DNA of 11,433 nt from a virus, in UHGV virus genome UHGV-0104572. One strand, 5' to 3'. The notes under the pieces are model-generated. The model was not told where the DNA came from. It saw only the letters and a list, made by a program, of their open reading frames with translations, and did not search any database. Below are positions 8,532 to 11,433 of this stretch, in pieces. Positions within the stretch are counted from its first letter, which is position 1. Every line of letters begins with the position of its first letter. The position numbers were made by a program, and so were the translations under genes.

Positions 8532-8910
8532 ATGACAAACCGAGGCAGAGTTCCTCATACGCACTTTTCTATGCTTAATGAACTGACGTTTAACTTGGTT
8601 GCGCCACTTGAACAGGCCGGATATACGCTGCCAGAAAAAATGGTCCCTGATATTTCAGAGGGTAGGGTTTTCTCGCAATGGCTCCGTGACAACCGGGGGG
8701 TTGAGCCGAAGACATTCCCAACATATAACCATGAGTACCCAGATGGCCGGACATTCCCGGTACGTCTATACCCAAACGAATATTGCAGATTTCAAACAAT
8801 ACTTCAACGAAGTGTGGCTGCCTCAGTACGCTCCTAAATATTTTGCTGAACGAGACCAAAGGGCATTGACGTTGATTGAGAAAATCATGCTACCTGACCT
8901 TGATTCCTAA
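8532..8910 (+). pseudogene. Unknown ORF with a frame break (frame 0 for 8532-~8780, frame +1 onward to 8910)
   Basis: Two overlapping ORFs (8532-8837 and 8599-8910) each look protein-like only in complementary halves: ...RTFPVRLYPNEY in one, ADFKQYFNEVWLPQYAPKYFAERDQRALTLIEKIMLPDLDS in the other. The break is near 8778-8786, not at a homopolymer. The first half is in the same frame as the KilA-N ORF, separated by a single TAA and 13 open codons. Confidence 0.5.
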
Positions 8911-8918
8911 ATGTTATT

Positions 8919-8944
8919 CCCGGCCACAGAGCCGGGTTTTCTTT
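8919..8944 (+). terminator. t_imm-like rho-independent terminator
   Basis: cccggc-cacaga-gccggg followed by TTTTCTTT, 9 nt after the stop at 8910. Sequence from here to OL matches the lambda rexB-to-OL interval as recalled. Confidence 0.7.
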
Positions 8945-9096
8945 GCCTCACGATCCCCCTCACCCAAGAACACATAACCAATTGTATCTATTTGAAAATA
9001 AATAGATACAACTCACTAAACATAGCAGTTCAGATCTCTCACCTACCAAACAATGCACCCCTGCAAAAAATAAATTCATATAAAAAACATACAGAT

Positions 9097-9167
9097 AACC
9101 ATCTGCGGTGATGAATTATCTCTAGCGGTGTTGACATAAATACCACTGGCGGTGATACTAAACACAT
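9097..9167 (+). promoter_or_regulatory. OL3-OL2-OL1 operators and PL promoter
   Basis: OL3 9097-9113, OL2 9117-9133 (tatctctAgcggtgttg, one G>A versus lambda), OL1 9141-9157 (exact). PL -35 TTGACA 9131-9136 and -10 GATACT 9154-9159, reading rightward. Confidence 0.9.
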
Positions 9168-9227
9168 CAGCAGGACGCACTACTCACCAGGGCGGTGAAT
9201 ATACAACGATTCAAATATGAATCTACG

Positions 9228-9242
9228 GCGCTGACAAAGCGC
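9228..9242 (+). promoter_or_regulatory. nutL boxB (P22-type)
   Basis: GCGCUGACAAAGCGC is a 5-bp stem with a GACAA pentaloop, identical to the P22 nutL boxB as I recall it. It lies ~65 nt downstream of the PL start. I did not find a boxA upstream. Confidence 0.7.
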
Positions 9243-9370
9243 AATAACCAAAGTGAACTTTGGGGTGAATGCAGAAGCTAACCTTCTCGGCGGAGGCGCT
9301 TTGCAATGATTACGCTACCGGAGTTAGTCGCCCGGCTGTATTCACCGCCAAAGTTCACCAGGAGGTCTAT

Positions 9371-9538
9371 ATGACACGCAGAACTCAGTTCAAAGGCAAT
9401 TCACGTTCTCGTCGTCGTGAGCGTTTAAAGGCAAAGGCATTAGCTAACGGCGTACTGGCCCGCGAAGAAGCAATAAGTTCAGAAGTATTACACCGCCCTG
9501 CGCCATCATCAATGTTGCGGCGATCGGCATCACCTTAA
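9371..9538 (+). CDS. N-like antiterminator, C-terminally truncated (55 aa)
   Basis: AGGAGG lies 6 nt before the ATG at 9371. The arginine-rich motif GNSRSRRRERLKAKA resembles the P22 gp24 motif GNAKTRRHERRRKLAIE. Full N proteins are ~100 aa; the last ~15-30 codons here are recT-derived DNA read out of frame. Confidence 0.6.
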   Translation: MTRRTQFKGNSRSRRRERLKAKALANGVLAREEAISSEVLHRPAPSSMLRRSASP

Positions 9539-10236
9539 ACCCAGCCAGCAAACTTGCTTATCTAGTTCCGCGCGACGGCATGGTTTGCCTTGATATCAGT
9601 TATATGGGATTGCTCCATATTGCAATGGAGTCTGGTGTTATCTCATGGGGTCAGGCAAAACTTGTTCATGCTAACGATACCTATGAGTCAAACGGGCTTG
9701 ATAAAGCACCAACCCATAAATACAACGCCTTCGGTGATCGTGGTGATATCGTTGGCGTTTACTGCACAGTTAAGACGCCAGCAGGTGATTATCTAACGGA
9801 AGAGATGAGTCTGGCTGAAATTGAGGCTGTAAGGAAAACAAGCAAGGCGGCATTCAGCGATAAAGGACCATGGGTAAATCACTGGAATGAGATGGCGCGA
9901 AAGACGGTCGTAAAGCGTGCAAGCAAGTATTGGCCTAAGGCATCACGTCTTGATAGTGCTATTCACGTACTAAACGAAGAAGAAGGTGTATGGACTGAAC
10001 CAGTTATGCCGTACAAATCAGAGGAAGATATCCGCGAAGATGAACGGAAACGCCAGCAGGAAATAACGGATAAAGCACAACTTCTTTGTGATGAAATGGC
10101 TCAGGCAGAAAACATGGATGATTTGAAGCGATATTTTGCAGAAGCATATCGCCTGACATCTGGAATGAAATTGCAGCATAACGTACAAGCCATTTACATA
10201 GAATGCAAAGCGAAACTGGAGGTTGCCAGTGAGTAA
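9448..10236 (+). pseudogene. recT: RecT-family recombinase, 5'-truncated remnant
   Basis: The frame is open from 9448. CAIINVAAIGITLNPASKLAYLVPRDG aligns with E. coli RecT SAIVQCSQLGLEPGSALGHAYLLPFG, and KGPWVNHWNEMARKTVVKRASKYWPKA with NGPWVTHWEEMAKKTAIRRLFKYLPVS. The N-terminal part is absent and there is no start codon or RBS for the homologous region. Confidence 0.65.
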
Positions 10237-10711
10237 ACTATATGAAATAGCCAATGAATACGCAAAATTGATGGATTCAGATTTAGAGCCAGAGATGATT
10301 GCTGACACAATAGAAGGCATGGAAGGAGAATTTACCGATAAAATAGAGCAACTTCTTTCCGTCATTAAAAATGAATCTGGTTATGCTGAACGCCTCAAGG
10401 AAGAGGCAAAGTCACTGAATGAGCGAGCCGCAGTAATTCAAAATAAGATTGACAGCATCATATCATATATAGCGTCATCGCTTGAAATGGTAGGCAAGAA
10501 AAAGATTAGAGCAGGTATTCACCAGGTAACAATCCGCAAACCGTCAGAAATTGTAGAAATAATCGACTCAAGCGCCCTTCCTCCTGAATACGTTGAGTTT
10601 GAAACAACAATTAAAGCCGACAAACTGGCAATCAAACACCAACTAAAAGCAGGAATAAATATCCCCGGCGCTCAACTCAAAGTTGGGAAACCTTCACTTC
10701 TTATCAAATAA
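10229..10711 (+). CDS. Siphovirus Gp157-like coiled-coil protein
   Basis: GGAGG lies 7 nt before GTG 10229, overlapping the recT stop. The ~160-aa protein has a charged coiled-coil N-terminal half and a C-terminal ...PPEYVEF...KAGINIPGAQL segment, resembling the Gp157 family often found next to recT/erf. Family assignment is from memory. Confidence 0.5.
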   Translation: MSKLYEIANEYAKLMDSDLEPEMIADTIEGMEGEFTDKIEQLLSVIKNESGYAERLKEEAKSLNERAAVIQNKIDSIISYIASSLEMVGKKKIRAGIHQVTIRKPSEIVEIIDSSALPPEYVEFETTIKADKLAIKHQLKAGINIPGAQLKVGKPSLLIK

Positions 10712-10774
10712 CGGTATCGCCTATGAAAAAGACTCCATGGGAGAAATGGGAAGTCGATTTCTTGCGCGAAGTAG

Positions 10775-11383
10775 CGGCGACAAGGCCATATAACAACAAA
10801 CCCTGTCGCTGCCACTCGCGCAGCAAAATCAGAGGTAAGGAGATCAAGACTTACGGCTGACGAATACCTGAAAATTTATCAAGCAGCAGAATCATCACCA
10901 TGTTGGCTCAGACTTGCAATGGAACTGGCTGTTGTTACCGGGCAGCGAGTTGGTGATTTATGCGAAATGAAGTGGTCTGATATCGTAGATGGATATCTTT
11001 ATGTCGAGCAAAGCAAAACAGGCGTAAAAATTGCCATCCCAACAACATTGCATGTTGATGCTCTCGGGATATCAATGAAGGAAACACTTGATAAATGCAA
11101 AGAGATTCTTGGCGGAGAAACCATAATTGCATCTACTCGTCGTGAACCGCTTTCATCCGGCACAGTATCAAGGTATTTTATGCGCGCACGAAAAGCATCA
11201 GGTCTTTCCTTCGAAGGGGATCCGCCTACCTTTCACGAGTTGCGCAGTTTGTCTGCAAGACTCTATGAGAAGCAGATAAGCGATAAGTTTGCTCAACATC
11301 TTCTCGGGCATAAGTCGGACACCATGGCATCACAGTATCGTGATGACAGAGGCAGGGAGTGGGACAAAATTGAAATCAAATAA
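10775..11383 (+). pseudogene. int: Integrase (lambda Int-type) remnant, C-terminal catalytic domain only
   Basis: From ~10784 the frame reads GHITTNPVAATRAAKSEVRRSRLTADEYLKIYQAAESSPCWLRLAMELAVVTGQRVGDL...HLLGHKSDTMASQYRDDRGREWDKIEIK, about 98% identical to lambda Int from residue ~168 to the end, including the catalytic Tyr in SQYRDD. An in-frame TAG at 10772 and unrelated upstream sequence replace the arm-binding and core-binding domains. Confidence 0.9.
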
Positions 11384-11410
11384 TGATTTTATTTTGACTG
11401 ATAGTGACCT
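11380..11410 (+). other. att site P' arm: Int arm-type binding sites P'3, P'2, P'1
   Basis: ATAATGATTT, ATTTTGACTG and ATAGTGACCT are reverse complements of the lambda P' arm-type sites (consensus C/AAGTCACTAT), overlapping and just after the int stop. The core would lie beyond the window end. Confidence 0.75.
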
Positions 11411-11433
11411 GTTCGTTGCAACAAATTGATAAG

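Noticed and set aside
8590-8859. Minus-strand ORF 8590-8859
   Set aside because: It is antisense to the rex-slot ORF and has no RBS. The plus-strand reading gives protein-like sequence continuous with the t_imm terminator.
8911-9111. ORF 8911-9111 (+)
   Set aside because: It spans the t_imm hairpin and the lambda-like non-coding interval up to OL3, with a low-complexity translation.
9269-9370. Upstream extension of the N-like ORF (89-aa version from 9269)
   Set aside because: The AGGAGG RBS sits 6 nt before ATG 9371 and the arginine-rich motif begins just after it. The extension would start inside the nutL leader.
9590-10365. ORFs 9590-9796 (+) and 10018-10365 (-)
   Set aside because: They are an alternative frame of, and antisense to, recT-homologous sequence and the Gp157-like start.
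10935-11132. Minus-strand ORF 10935-11132
   Set aside because: It is antisense to the int catalytic domain, which is about 98% identical to lambda int.

Overview
This window reads as a mosaic, heavily decayed lambdoid prophage segment, oriented as the reverse complement of the canonical lambda map. All identifications are from reading the sequence and recalling known proteins and sites; no database search was run. Left part (1-6130) is a P22/HK620-like tail and immI module: tailspike (-), terminator, ant (-), arc (-), Omnt/Oarc operators with Pant, mnt (+), then an unknown 193-aa gene translationally coupled to mnt and a 4-TM membrane protein in the sieA position, convergent with a gp16-like remnant. 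Middle (6131-6670) carries an inverted internal fragment of a lambda Q-type gene and a short truncated ORF, marking deletion junctions. Right part is a lambda-type immunity region: cII-like (-), cro (-), OR1-3, cI (+), then in the rexAB slot a KilA-N domain ORF plus a downstream ORF broken by one in-frame TAA and a frame shift, then t_imm, OL1-3/PL, a P22-type boxB, a truncated N-like gene fused out of frame to a recT remnant, a Gp157-like gene, an int remnant holding only the catalytic domain, and attP P' arm sites. The regulatory and candidate exclusion genes are intact while replication, lysis, head and integrase functions are deleted or truncated. The two best candidates for an undescribed system are the KilA-N cassette in the rex slot (8151-8910) and the mnt-coupled orf193 plus membrane protein (3665-4958). 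No CRISPR array, tRNA or rRNA was seen.
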